A stretch of 64,000 bases of DNA from a virus (lineage: Duplodnaviria > Caudoviricetes). Positions 29,370 to 39,780 of the stretch are shown in pieces. The stretch is taken from positions 64,001-128,000 of IMG/VR virus record IMGVR_UViG_3300019124_000001; one strand, 5' to 3'. How positions within the stretch are numbered: position 1 is the first letter of the stretch; each line of letters begins with the position of its first letter. The position numbers were made by a program, and so were the translations under genes. The notes below the pieces were generated by a model. It had not been told where the DNA came from. It saw nothing but the letters and a program-made list of their open reading frames with translations, and ran no database searches.

Positions 29370-30041
29370 ATGAAAGCGAAAGTAATTTGTCTTGTGGGAG
29401 CGTCTGGCTCTGGAAAGGATACGATCAAGAATCTACTCCCACTTCCACATGTTGTTTCTTATAGGACGAGAGAAATGCGACAAGGAGAACGAAATGAAAT
29501 TGACGGCTTATTTGTAGATGAAGCTACTTACGAGCAACATAGGCAGTCTGGCATTATTGCGGCATCCACATTTTACAACGATAACCACTATTGGACGACG
29601 ATATCGCAGTTCAAATGTGTTGTAGAGAACGAGAGTCCGATAGTTTATGTTGTAGACTGGAATGGAGTCGAAACGTTGAGGCAAGCACTTGGAGAGGATA
29701 AGGTGGTTTCAATTTTTATTGATGTGCCACTTTATATTCTTGTCTCTCGCATGGTTCAACGCGGAGACTCCAAGGAAGCAATTGCACAACGTAAAGCGAT
29801 CTTCGAAGTTGTAGATATGCCAGCGAAAGAGAAATGTGACTATGTTGTTTCGAATGTACTTTCTCCTACTTACGCCGCAAAAGAAATCTCCCTGATTATT
29901 TTGCAGGAGATGTTTGGAGTGGTGAAACGTGGCAAGAAAGAATACATCGAAGATTACATCTTCGGAATCGACTATGCGAAAGACCCAAAACTCAAATTCG
30001 AAAAAGAATACGAGTGTAAATGGACAGGAGATCAAGATTGA
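29370..30041 (+). CDS. Guanylate kinase-like protein
   Basis: GASGSGKDT, VSYRTREMRQGE..DG.F. Confidence 0.8.
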   Translation: MKAKVICLVGASGSGKDTIKNLLPLPHVVSYRTREMRQGERNEIDGLFVDEATYEQHRQSGIIAASTFYNDNHYWTTISQFKCVVENESPIVYVVDWNGVETLRQALGEDKVVSIFIDVPLYILVSRMVQRGDSKEAIAQRKAIFEVVDMPAKEKCDYVVSNVLSPTYAAKEISLIILQEMFGVVKRGKKEYIEDYIFGIDYAKDPKLKFEKEYECKWTGDQD

Positions 30042-30346
30042 AAGTTACTGGTGGCTTCATCATGACGATGAGGGATACGAGTCAGATTGCGTTGTCTACA
30101 CAACAGATACGAAGACAAAAGTAAAACTGAAAGATGTTCAGTCTTTTGGAGAGTATTATCGCGAAGGCAAAGCGAAAGCGTTTGCGGTTCAATATATTGT
30201 TTCAGTGTATAGTCCAAGTTATCAAAAGTTGCTTGACCTGTTTGGTCTAACCGAAAAACACCGCAAGAAAGAGTATGAAACCAGACAGAGAGCAAAGCGA
30301 AAATAGAATCGAAAAACAAAATGCCCGTAAGGAAAGGAAAACTAAC

Positions 30347-30916
30347 ATGACCGAAATCGCAACCAAACATGTCGATGGAATCGACAAAGACAACGAATTG
30401 GTACAATACTTCGTTGTAAACAAAGACTTGGGTATGAGTGCTGGCAAGGTTGGCGCACAAGTTGCACATGTAGCGACAGCTACCGCTGTAGCTCGCTTCA
30501 GGGATGAAAACATGTCGTTGTATGACAAAACGAATTTTGACATCTGGTGCGATATCGCAATGGTCAAAGTAGTTCTTGAAGCATCTGAAGAAGAGATGCT
30601 TCGATTGCTTGGCGAACACGAAGAGTTCTACACGATGGTTGACGAAGGTCGAACGGAAGTTGCAAATAACTCTCTGACTGTCATTGGAATGATGCCGATG
30701 AAGAGAAAAGATGCACAGAAGATCATCGGTCACTTGCCTATCCTTGGAGCACAACGCACAAAAAATCATGTGGAACTTCAACGCGAAAAGCAATTTGACG
30801 CAATGCTTGAAGCACTAAAGGAGCTTCGTACCGAATTACAGGATGTATACCGATTGATTCCTTGTTTTTTGAAACACGAAGAGGCTTTAAAAAACGTAGG
30901 TGTTATTCTTGAATAG
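30347..30916 (+). CDS. Peptidyl-tRNA hydrolase, Pth2 family
   Basis: VVNKDLGMSAGKVGAQVAH, KVVL, DEGRTEV, TVIG. Confidence 0.85.
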   Translation: MTEIATKHVDGIDKDNELVQYFVVNKDLGMSAGKVGAQVAHVATATAVARFRDENMSLYDKTNFDIWCDIAMVKVVLEASEEEMLRLLGEHEEFYTMVDEGRTEVANNSLTVIGMMPMKRKDAQKIIGHLPILGAQRTKNHVELQREKQFDAMLEALKELRTELQDVYRLIPCFLKHEEALKNVGVILE

Positions 30917-31256
30917 AAAACTTCAACAGACCCTGCATCTTATTGTTGATAATGCGGTTGATGATCTTGTCAATCGCATTATCAACAATTCAAAAGACTT
31001 ATCGGAAAGTATCAACCTTCTTGAAGAAGCAAGAGTTGAGTTCAGCATAAAATATGTTGAACTGATGCAAGGCATTCGCAAAAGAGCGCAAGGATTCTTT
31101 TCAGGACAAAAATGGCAAGCAAAGTGGGATTATAAAACTTGGAAAGAAGGACAGGTGGCAATTGTGACACGAGTTACGGGTGACAATACGGTTGTACTGG
31201 ATGATATGTTCGAATTGCCGTTTGACTCTGTTCTTAACAACTTTAAGAAGGGGTAG
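30900..31256 (+). CDS. Hypothetical protein
   Basis: ORF within a coupled run. Confidence 0.5.
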   Translation: MLFLNRKLQQTLHLIVDNAVDDLVNRIINNSKDLSESINLLEEARVEFSIKYVELMQGIRKRAQGFFSGQKWQAKWDYKTWKEGQVAIVTRVTGDNTVVLDDMFELPFDSVLNNFKKG

Positions 31257-31262
31257 TGACAG

Positions 31263-31616
31263 TTGGCAGAATACAGCACATATGGAAGGCATGAAATGGC
31301 TGACTTCTATGGTGTTTCCAGTAATACCTTTGGAATATTGAATCTATTGCACGAAGCAGTCGAGAGAACGGGTGCGCACGTTGAAAAGGTGGATTTAAAC
31401 ATTACGCCAGAAAAAATCAGCATCATGTTCTTGTTAACAGAGAGCCACTTGTCTCTTCACGCTTTCATTAAACAGAAGCGTTGGTTTGTAGATTGTTACA
31501 CTTGTGGCGAAACAGTGTATCCGAGTAGAGCTATTGATATGTTAATCAACACGTTAGATTTCCAATATGTTTATCGCCACGAACTTATTCGCGGTGTACA
31601 AGAAGATGCTCACTAG
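31263..31616 (+). CDS. S-adenosylmethionine decarboxylase-family pyruvoyl proenzyme
   Basis: LLTESHLSLH autocleavage motif, VDCYTCG. Confidence 0.75.
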   Translation: MAEYSTYGRHEMADFYGVSSNTFGILNLLHEAVERTGAHVEKVDLNITPEKISIMFLLTESHLSLHAFIKQKRWFVDCYTCGETVYPSRAIDMLINTLDFQYVYRHELIRGVQEDAH

Positions 31617-31701
31617 TATTCCTAGTGGGCAATTTTTATCAGAAAACCAGTTGCCAACCAACCCATATACATAGTATAATAGTGACAAACAACAACTATG
31701 T

Positions 31702-32097
31702 ATGGTAGCCGAGGAGGTTGTACAAATGACTGTTTGGAAGTACGTTCTTCCAATTGGTGATGATGTAAATAAAAGGGCTGTCGGTATCAACATTATGATG
31801 CCGTTAGAGTCAGAAATGCTTTACGTAAAGCCGCAATACATCAAGGGCAAGGGATGGAGAATCGTAGCGTATGCGCGGATAAACGACACAAGTGCCCCAT
31901 TAACATTGCGCACGTTTTTCGTTCTTGGCACAGGTCACGATGGCAGTAATATGAATTCTACTAAAGTGTTTAAATCATTAGGGGCGGCAGACATTAAAAA
32001 CGGACAGAAGATGTGGCATGTCTTCTATTTGCCATTTGGTCATGTTGAAGAATTGCCGATCTATGGACAGGAGGAATATGCAAATGCCATTAGATAG
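31702..32097 (+). CDS. Hypothetical phage protein
   Basis: RBS GAGGAGG then MTVWKY; GTGH, WHVF. Confidence 0.6.
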   Translation: MVAEEVVQMTVWKYVLPIGDDVNKRAVGINIMMPLESEMLYVKPQYIKGKGWRIVAYARINDTSAPLTLRTFFVLGTGHDGSNMNSTKVFKSLGAADIKNGQKMWHVFYLPFGHVEELPIYGQEEYANAIR

Positions 32098-32372
32098 CAG
32101 GTCGTTGACGTTCAAACAGTTCCATGCAATTATGAATCGAATTGGAGTACATCACAGATTTGGTGGATTAAGTCCCGAACCGAAACCTCCGTACATCAAA
32201 TACGTACATCCCACATTTGACATGAGAGATGGGGCAGTTTTTAGCATTTTATTTCGCGGTATGTTCGAAGATAAGCAATTCGACTTCAGAGACAGCGAAG
32301 AGACTATGTATAGTCGAATAATGTCATGGCTTAATTCTGACAAACAATAACTATGTATGGGAGGTGTCCTTC

Positions 32373-32981
32373 ATGCCGCTTGCTAAATGCAGACAATGTG
32401 GAGAAAAGGAGAACTCCAAGAACATGGTTCCTGTTCTTAAAGGCAAAAGCAAAGTGTACGTACACGAGCATTGCAAAGAAGAATATGAAAAACAGCAGTC
32501 TTTTAAGCAGAAAGAAACAAAGGAGCTTGAAGACCTGATTGTTAACTATGTTTCGAAGATTCATCGAACAAACGCAATTCCACATTCGTACTACCCTTTG
32601 GTTCAAGACCTTCGCAATGGGACGATTCGCAAAGGGAAGATTATCAAAAGGCAATATAAAGAGGGTTTTCCGTACCCTGTTATCGCACGTGCATATCTTG
32701 AAAATTGGCAAAAAATTTATGAACGAATCAACTGGTCAAAGCAAAACGGCCATATTAAGAACAAAGCTGATGAGTTTCGGATTGGCTTAAATGTCGTAGC
32801 AGAACAAGTTGCTTTAATACAAGAGAAGATTGAACGTGAAAAACAAGCAGAGCGTATTGCAGAAGAACGAGAACGAGAACGTGCCCAACTCGATCTGACA
32901 GCATTGGCTCCTACCGAAAACAAAATCTTCCGCAAACCTACACAAAAGGCACACGACGATATTAGTGCGTTTTTAGATTAG
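32373..32981 (+). CDS. Zn-finger replication-associated protein (possible helicase loader)
   Basis: CRQC...HEHC; immediately upstream of the helicase. Confidence 0.5.
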   Translation: MPLAKCRQCGEKENSKNMVPVLKGKSKVYVHEHCKEEYEKQQSFKQKETKELEDLIVNYVSKIHRTNAIPHSYYPLVQDLRNGTIRKGKIIKRQYKEGFPYPVIARAYLENWQKIYERINWSKQNGHIKNKADEFRIGLNVVAEQVALIQEKIEREKQAERIAEERERERAQLDLTALAPTENKIFRKPTQKAHDDISAFLD

Positions 32982-32985
32982 GAGA

Positions 32986-34611
32986 GTGGAAATAGTGTCT
33001 AATGAAGTAGCAGTAAAAATGACAGTTCATGACATTTTAGCACAAGAGGTTAAAATTAGCGAAGGATTGCTTACTGGACTATTCTGGCTCAAACCAGAGT
33101 TCTATAGTTTTTACAGTAACGAAAAACTAAGTAGAGCCACTTTCTTGAATCATCACTATGGTTTTTTCTTTGGACTTGGAAGATACATGGCTGAAAATGG
33201 TGTTCAAAAATTTGACGATATTACCGTAGAGAAGACGGTTCAAGAACTTGGGGACAACGTAATCCAAAAGTACAATGAGTACGGTGGATATGAAACGATG
33301 GAAGAGATCATGGATTCTGTCAATGGCTTGGAAGATAATATTCAAGCATACTACGACGACATCGTAAAATACCAAGTGCTTAAAGGGTATTGCGAAGTAA
33401 TGAAATCCAAGACTCCCATCACGCCAGATGGCAAATATGATCACCGTAAAATGAACAAAGACCAGATTATTAAATTCTGGAACGACAAATTCAATAGTAT
33501 CGGTCTAAATCTGGACAACAGGTTTGAGGAGTATGACCTGTTAGCAGACTTGGAAAAGGAGATTGAAGAGTGGGACAAGAACCCTGTTGTTGGTATGGAC
33601 TTCCACGATTCGCCTCTTATGACTCGTATCTGTACAGGTTGGGATTATGGTACATTGACGATCTTGGGTGGCTTTGGTGGCTCTGGCAAGACATCGTTTA
33701 CGGTACGCAAGATTTTCATGTCTTGTATTGATAACCAAGAAAAATTGTTGGTTGTAGCAAACGAACAGGGTATTCGCGACTTCCGTAAGGCACTTGTCAC
33801 GACGATAATGGGCATAATTTACTATTCTAAGCCTTATGAAGAACGTCAAAAATATTTCTTCGACCGCAAACGACTAAATCAGGGTAACTTCACTGATAAT
33901 GAGCGTGATCTTTTGCGTCGCGCAGTTGCTTTAGCTGGCATCATGTGTAACGATGAGACAGGCTTAATTAAGTTTGTATTCATGGAGAACTATGTCATTG
34001 ACGATCTGAAGAAGATCGTTCGATACTACAATAACCGTGGATACAGACGCTTGATCATCGACACCGGAAAACCGTCTGAAGGTGGACAAGAACAACAACG
34101 CTGGATTCAGTTCACCGAAGATATGAAAGAAATCTACAAGCTCACCCGTAAAGAGGGTGGTGGATTGAACTTGGCAACATGGGTTACTGTCCAGCTTGCG
34201 GATAACGCTTTGCGTCAACGCTTCTTGAATGAATTCTGCTTCGGTGAGTCTAAAAAAATCAAAAACGAAGCAGACGTTGTTTTCATGTATCGCTACGCAT
34301 GGGACGATGAATATGAGGATGGGGCAAAGGCACTCGTGGTGAAACGTTACTTCAATGTGAATTATGAAAGTGATGACCCCATACATGTAGCGAATCGTCA
34401 GGAAGCGATCAACAAAAATCAAAAGACCTACTGCGTAGAAGAGAAGCTGAAGCGCGGTAAGCGATACATTCTTCTGTTTACACCAAAGAATCGTCGCGGT
34501 CAAGATAATAAGAATGGGCAAGACGTTCTTGTTATGGAGATAAATCTGAACTTCAACTCGTGGCGCGAAATCGGTTGGACAACAGTTGTTGACGATAAGA
34601 ATTACTATTAA
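32986..34611 (+). CDS. Replicative DNA helicase, DnaB-like
   Basis: GGFGGSGKT, ANE, IIDT, TVQL, KNRRG. Confidence 0.8.
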   Translation: MEIVSNEVAVKMTVHDILAQEVKISEGLLTGLFWLKPEFYSFYSNEKLSRATFLNHHYGFFFGLGRYMAENGVQKFDDITVEKTVQELGDNVIQKYNEYGGYETMEEIMDSVNGLEDNIQAYYDDIVKYQVLKGYCEVMKSKTPITPDGKYDHRKMNKDQIIKFWNDKFNSIGLNLDNRFEEYDLLADLEKEIEEWDKNPVVGMDFHDSPLMTRICTGWDYGTLTILGGFGGSGKTSFTVRKIFMSCIDNQEKLLVVANEQGIRDFRKALVTTIMGIIYYSKPYEERQKYFFDRKRLNQGNFTDNERDLLRRAVALAGIMCNDETGLIKFVFMENYVIDDLKKIVRYYNNRGYRRLIIDTGKPSEGGQEQQRWIQFTEDMKEIYKLTRKEGGGLNLATWVTVQLADNALRQRFLNEFCFGESKKIKNEADVVFMYRYAWDDEYEDGAKALVVKRYFNVNYESDDPIHVANRQEAINKNQKTYCVEEKLKRGKRYILLFTPKNRRGQDNKNGQDVLVMEINLNFNSWREIGWTTVVDDKNYY

Positions 34612-34723
34612 GGAGGATACCAAAATGGCAGATTTCATTTTGGGCTTTATCGGTGGCGTGATAGCCTTCGGTTGTGGCTATTTCACATGTAAGATGAATT
34701 CTAAAAAGTAAGGTGAATGGCAA

Positions 34724-35851
34724 ATGAGTGATCTGAAAATGCTAAAACGCATGATCTACGAAGATGATCGTATCGAAGAAATTTTGGAAGCATTAGGTTG
34801 CGAAGAAATTCATCATTCGGGCGAATACATTATGGCTCGTAGACCCAACGGCAGAAAAAATAGAAGCGTTCAGGTCAAGCTCAATGAAAACTTGTCTTCA
34901 TATGTTCGCTCTCAGGGAATAGAAGGAGATATCTATTCCCTTGTTTCTTATCTTAGAAGTGGTCTTACTACTAAGGAAGAATGGGACAAGGATTTACCGA
35001 AAGCTAAAAAATGGCTTGCTGAAACGCTTGGTTATTGGCAAATATTGCGTGATGACTATACACCACCGCCAGTATATAACGACTGGTTGAGAAACATCAA
35101 AAAGAAACGATCAAAAAAGATCAATCTTGCGGAGATCAAACAGAATCCAGTTCTTTCAGAAGATATTCCGAAACGAGAATGGTATGAGATGATTCCACAT
35201 ATGGAATGGGTAAACGAGGGAATTCATCCCTCCGTACAGATGCTTTTTGAGGTTGGTTTTGATCATTTTACTAATCGCATCATTACATTGATCAGAAACA
35301 GTAACGGAGAACTGATTGGTGTTAAAGGTCGCACAGTAGAGGATAGATATAAAGAACTTGGTATCCCGAAGTATCTGTATTTGATCAACTTCGATAAGCA
35401 CATTGAGCTATACAATCTTCACCGTGCAAAGAAATACATCGAAGCAATGGGATATGTTCTAGTATTCGAAGGTTACAAGTCTGTTATGAAGGCTTTTCAA
35501 GCTGGATTCCCAAATGCTGTAAGCATCGAAGGGAATACCATCTCTGCCGTTCAAGCTGAAATATTGCGGCAGTTAGGACAGGATATAGACATTGTTCTGT
35601 GTTTCGATAAAGACCGATACATCAAGATAGAAGTTGACAGTAAGGGCAACCAAAAAATGGTGTTTGACGGTGATTTTATTCTAAAAAAAAGTGGGGCTAA
35701 TCTCTTGCGTAAACGGAAGGTTAAGGCTTTAATTGACACATCAAATCTCCTCGGCATGAAGGATTCACCGATAGACAAGGGTAAACATGTTTTCGAAGAA
35801 CTTATGAAAAAGAAATTTCTTGTACCTATTGACGAAGCCGCCAATAGATGA
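34724..35851 (+). CDS. DNA primase (TOPRIM)
   Basis: GVKGR, PKY, LYN, VFEGYKS, FDKD. Confidence 0.8.
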   Translation: MSDLKMLKRMIYEDDRIEEILEALGCEEIHHSGEYIMARRPNGRKNRSVQVKLNENLSSYVRSQGIEGDIYSLVSYLRSGLTTKEEWDKDLPKAKKWLAETLGYWQILRDDYTPPPVYNDWLRNIKKKRSKKINLAEIKQNPVLSEDIPKREWYEMIPHMEWVNEGIHPSVQMLFEVGFDHFTNRIITLIRNSNGELIGVKGRTVEDRYKELGIPKYLYLINFDKHIELYNLHRAKKYIEAMGYVLVFEGYKSVMKAFQAGFPNAVSIEGNTISAVQAEILRQLGQDIDIVLCFDKDRYIKIEVDSKGNQKMVFDGDFILKKSGANLLRKRKVKALIDTSNLLGMKDSPIDKGKHVFEELMKKKFLVPIDEAANR

Positions 35852-35898
35852 TAGAATAGGGACATAACAAACAACAACTATGTCTGAGGTGACAGGTA

Positions 35899-36273
35899 AT
35901 GACGAAAAGTTGGCTAGGAAGTTTGATTCATCAGCACTCACACTTAGACAATGATGCTCTACGAGCAATGATCGAATATGTCAAAAGACACGATGATCAT
36001 TTGCCACAAGTAGACGTTGACTTTGAAATTGCTGATAGGGACGCGATATTATCGGTGACTGAAATGAATTTTCGCCCCATTCGCCTAAGCGACTTCTCCT
36101 CCGAGCACGAACTGACGGATCAGGACATTGCTAGAATCAAACACTCTACGAAGATACATTGTGTTTTAGAGCAAATCAAAAACCAAAAACGCATTGTGGC
36201 AAACGAAGAGAACATGCTTAAACAACTATACAATAAGCTAGACAAACTTAAGGAAGAGGGGCTACAGTTGTAG
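35899..36273 (+). CDS. Hypothetical protein
   Basis: RBS GAGGTGA fused to a repeat copy. Confidence 0.55.
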   Translation: MTKSWLGSLIHQHSHLDNDALRAMIEYVKRHDDHLPQVDVDFEIADRDAILSVTEMNFRPIRLSDFSSEHELTDQDIARIKHSTKIHCVLEQIKNQKRIVANEENMLKQLYNKLDKLKEEGLQL

Positions 36274-36321
36274 CCTTCTAATTCTCTCTACAAACAACAA
36301 CTATGTATGGTGGTGAATGAT

Positions 36322-37053
36322 TTGCGTATCGGTGGACGCGGAATGCGAGTAGTTAACGATATGCCCTTTAATGACATCTTAAAAATCACGCAGATGGCAG
36401 TTAATAGGTTTAAGCATTGCGGATTGCAACGTCTTGGCGGTGGAGAGTATGGCAACGTATACCTCTACATTGATACCAACGGCAAGAAGTATGCGATTAA
36501 GGTGTGGAATGATAGGCATATCAATCATGACGCAGACATTGATTTTCTGCTGAAACTTCAGGGTAGCGAATATTTTCCAAAGGTCTACATGTATAAACGT
36601 AAGGGTTTTCTGGTCATGGAATTTTTCGAAGGAAGAACACTGAAAGAGATTTATGATCCCATTAGCAGAGAAATTGCAGATAATACTGGTAAAACTCGAA
36701 TCAAAAATATTCACAATGGAATCCAACACATCGAAAAGGCATTTCGATTTGCTATGTCGCGTGGACTCTTGCCATTCGACACTCACGGCAATAACATTGT
36801 TGCAACGCCAGATGGCAGACTGAGATTTATAGATGTTGGCTTGTTTGAAGAACTTAAAGTAAAATACAAAATTCTTCGCTGGAAAAACTCTGTAAGGCTC
36901 AGAAGCAACAAAGACTTCATTCGTCAGGTTAGTCGCGATCTTAATTACTACAACGAATTCAACAAAGCTAAAAGTGCTTTTGAGGAAGCGAAGAAAGCTA
37001 TTGTTGAGGAAGCAACGCAAGCTATCATTAAGGAACGACAGAGGATATGTTAA
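36322..37053 (+). CDS. Ser/Thr protein kinase-like protein, copy 1
   Basis: LGGGEYGNVY, YAIK, VME, DTHGNN, IDVG. Confidence 0.85.
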   Translation: MRIGGRGMRVVNDMPFNDILKITQMAVNRFKHCGLQRLGGGEYGNVYLYIDTNGKKYAIKVWNDRHINHDADIDFLLKLQGSEYFPKVYMYKRKGFLVMEFFEGRTLKEIYDPISREIADNTGKTRIKNIHNGIQHIEKAFRFAMSRGLLPFDTHGNNIVATPDGRLRFIDVGLFEELKVKYKILRWKNSVRLRSNKDFIRQVSRDLNYYNEFNKAKSAFEEAKKAIVEEATQAIIKERQRIC

Positions 37054-37091
37054 CTTTCTACAAACAATAACTATGTATGGCGGTGAACTTA

Positions 37092-37811
37092 ATGAGAATC
37101 GGTGGACGCGGAATGAAGGTAGTTAATCATATGCCATTTAAGGATATCTTGAAGATTACACAAATGGCAGTTAGTCGGTTTCGGGATTGCGGTCTGACTA
37201 GAATTGGAGGTGGGAAGTTCGGAGATGTATATCTGTATATCGACAGCAATAGTCAGAAATATGCAATCAAAGTATGGAAAGTATACTACGACAATGAAGA
37301 TCACGACATCGAAAATTTGCTTCGTCTTCAAGGTAGTAAGTATTTTCCTAAGATTTACATGTACAAGAAGAGAAGTTTTCTCGTAATGGAGTATTTTGAT
37401 GGCAGAACTTTAGCGGAAATTTTCAGCAAACATGATAGAGAGAGGGCTGACAAAATCGGCAAACCTGCAATCAAATACATTCATGATGGCAACAAGTCTA
37501 TCGAAGAAGCATTTAAGTTTGCGGTTTCTCGTGGGCTTGCACCAAACGATACTCACGGCAATAACATTATAGTTACGAAAGAAGGAGAACTAAAATTTAT
37601 AGACGTTGGCTTATTCGAGGAACTTAAAGTTAGATACCACAGATGGCACGACTATAATGGCAAGGTGGTTTATAATAACAATAAGGATCTCGTTGAAAGC
37701 ATAAAACGGGACATTACAAACTGCTTCGAGCTTGAATACGCAAAAGGCCAATATCAATCAGCGTTTAATGCATTAGTTGAACAACAAGCAAAAGAGCTAG
37801 CCTCTATTTAA
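37092..37811 (+). CDS. Ser/Thr protein kinase-like protein, copy 2
   Basis: IGGGKFGDVY, YAIK, VME, DTHGNN, IDVG. Confidence 0.85.
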   Translation: MRIGGRGMKVVNHMPFKDILKITQMAVSRFRDCGLTRIGGGKFGDVYLYIDSNSQKYAIKVWKVYYDNEDHDIENLLRLQGSKYFPKIYMYKKRSFLVMEYFDGRTLAEIFSKHDRERADKIGKPAIKYIHDGNKSIEEAFKFAVSRGLAPNDTHGNNIIVTKEGELKFIDVGLFEELKVRYHRWHDYNGKVVYNNNKDLVESIKRDITNCFELEYAKGQYQSAFNALVEQQAKELASI

Positions 37812-37848
37812 CTATCAAACAACAACTATGTATGGTAGGTGATAGGCA

Positions 37849-38574
37849 TTGAAACAAGATAAAGGAATGCAGATACTTGGAGACATTGATCTGATAGATG
37901 CTACTATGATCATGAAAATGGCTATCAGTCGATTTTCAGATTGTGATCTTAAATGTATTGGAGAAGGTGTCTATGGTCGCGTTCTGCTTTATGTGGGACG
38001 AGAGGGTCGGAAGTATGCCATAAAGGTATTCAAGAGCAACTATTCGATGCTCGATATGGATGACATAGACAAACTCTTGGCTTTGCAAGGTTGTGAACAC
38101 TACCCAAAAGTATTTATGTATCAACGCGGATCGTTTATGGTGACTGAATTTATTGATGGTCGCACTCTTTATGAAATTCACTGCATTCAAGAGCGCTCTT
38201 TTGCAAACAGACTTCGCAAACCAATCATAGACAAAATGGAAAATCCTATTGAACAATACAAAAATGCATACAAATATGCTTTATCTCGTGGATTCGCACC
38301 TTATGATACGCATGGTGATAACATTATGGTAACTCCGCATGGTAGACTTGTAATCGTTGATGTTGGCTGTTTTGCTAAGTTTCACCGTAAACTAATTATC
38401 CCAATGTGGGCTTCTGAAAACAAGAAGAAGTTTTCTCAATCGGAACTTCTTCAAGCTCTGAAAGCTGATAAAGGAAATTTTTGGGGATACCACAATGGTG
38501 TGGAAGCCATCAAAGAGTGCGAGATTCATTTAAAAACACACAAAACAAATGGACAGGAGTTGCAACCAGCATGA
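37849..38574 (+). CDS. Ser/Thr protein kinase-like protein, copy 3
   Basis: IGEGVYGRV, YAIK, DTHGDN, VDVG. Confidence 0.85.
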   Translation: MKQDKGMQILGDIDLIDATMIMKMAISRFSDCDLKCIGEGVYGRVLLYVGREGRKYAIKVFKSNYSMLDMDDIDKLLALQGCEHYPKVFMYQRGSFMVTEFIDGRTLYEIHCIQERSFANRLRKPIIDKMENPIEQYKNAYKYALSRGFAPYDTHGDNIMVTPHGRLVIVDVGCFAKFHRKLIIPMWASENKKKFSQSELLQALKADKGNFWGYHNGVEAIKECEIHLKTHKTNGQELQPA

Positions 38575-38867
38575 TCGTAAACTTTGAAAACATCTCCGCA
38601 GAAAAGAAAAAGGTATACGCAGAAGATATCGTTCTCTTTGCAGAAGAAGTATTTGGAATGGATGGACGTGTCATGACCATCTCTGAAGGACATACCATTC
38701 AGCGAGTCAAACTACAGACATGGGAACGTGTTCGACTTCGTAATTACCAAGAGTACACAACCACCGCAACATCGTACCATGCGTATGTTCGACCAACAAA
38801 TATCGAAAATGACTATCTCCGCGAAGTTTACGAAGCGCACCAAAGTCTGCTGAAAGAGGTGACTTAA
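38571..38867 (+). CDS. Hypothetical protein
   Basis: RBS AGGAG, ATGA overlap with kinase copy 3. Confidence 0.5.
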   Translation: MIVNFENISAEKKKVYAEDIVLFAEEVFGMDGRVMTISEGHTIQRVKLQTWERVRLRNYQEYTTTATSYHAYVRPTNIENDYLREVYEAHQSLLKEVT

Positions 38868-39045
38868 TGCAAAATAATAAGGAGTTGTTGGCTAATGCTA
38901 TGGAAGCAATAGCAAAAATTGACCTTGATCAAGAAAGTTCTGCATTCGAATGTCATCTGAAACTTGCCCTAGAATAATTGGAAGATTGTTACAGATGGGC
39001 TAATGAAGGTTAGATGAAAATGCACTTGTTTAATAAAATATCGGT

Positions 39046-39276
39046 TTGATAGACAGAAGGGGGACAAGTATGTATACCGATTGGGAGCTTGAAAACACCG
39101 TAAAAACGATGGAAAGTAACTTTATTGACAGAGGTTGTGTCAATATCGTCAATCTCGATGAAGCAAAGAAGTTTTCCACTTATCTCAAAATCAAAGGTTA
39201 TCAAGTAGAGATCAAAGACAGCAACCTTTATTTTCCTGTTGCTAGAAGCTACGATGTAATCAAAGTAGACCGATAA
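39046..39276 (+). CDS. Hypothetical protein between two palindromic sites
   Basis: Likely ATG at 39070; stop codon lies inside the ATAAAA arm. Confidence 0.55.
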   Translation: MIDRRGTSMYTDWELENTVKTMESNFIDRGCVNIVNLDEAKKFSTYLKIKGYQVEIKDSNLYFPVARSYDVIKVDR

Positions 39277-39396
39277 AACGAAAATTTCATCTAAAGGAGG
39301 TGAGCTACAGTGAAAAAACGAAGAACCAATCCGCTTGCTTTGGGTCTTGGAGTTTTTGTTGGCTTTGTAGTTTATCACATCTTGACAAAATAGGGA

Positions 39397-39744
39397 GTGT
39401 TCGCAATGTCCTTGCGAATTTTGGATGGCATTATTGCAGAAAAGGTACACGGATGGGAGTGGCACCAAGTCACTGAGAACCGAAAAATCTTAGTGCCACC
39501 GATTAACGATCATCGTAGCACTTGGGCGGCAATGTGGGACGAGAATGGTTTTCCGCATTGGTTGCCAGAATATCGACATGAAGCAATTGGGATTCGATTC
39601 GACTCGACATATGAATCTGGTCGGGTGACTGGATTTGACGAAGATGGAGACATTTTCGTTGAGATTTTCTTAAAATCGACTGGTCAGACCTATACTGAGC
39701 TTTGGTTTAAGGAATCTTTGCTCAATAGAGAACTACTAAGGTAG
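39397..39744 (+). CDS. Phage ABA-sandwich-like protein, paralog of 6523..6870
   Basis: LRILDGIIAEKVHGWEW...WDENGFPHWLPEY. Confidence 0.55.
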   Translation: MFAMSLRILDGIIAEKVHGWEWHQVTENRKILVPPINDHRSTWAAMWDENGFPHWLPEYRHEAIGIRFDSTYESGRVTGFDEDGDIFVEIFLKSTGQTYTELWFKESLLNRELLR

Positions 39745-39780
39745 ACAAAACTTAGTTTTCATCTAAAGGGGAGTACAAAA

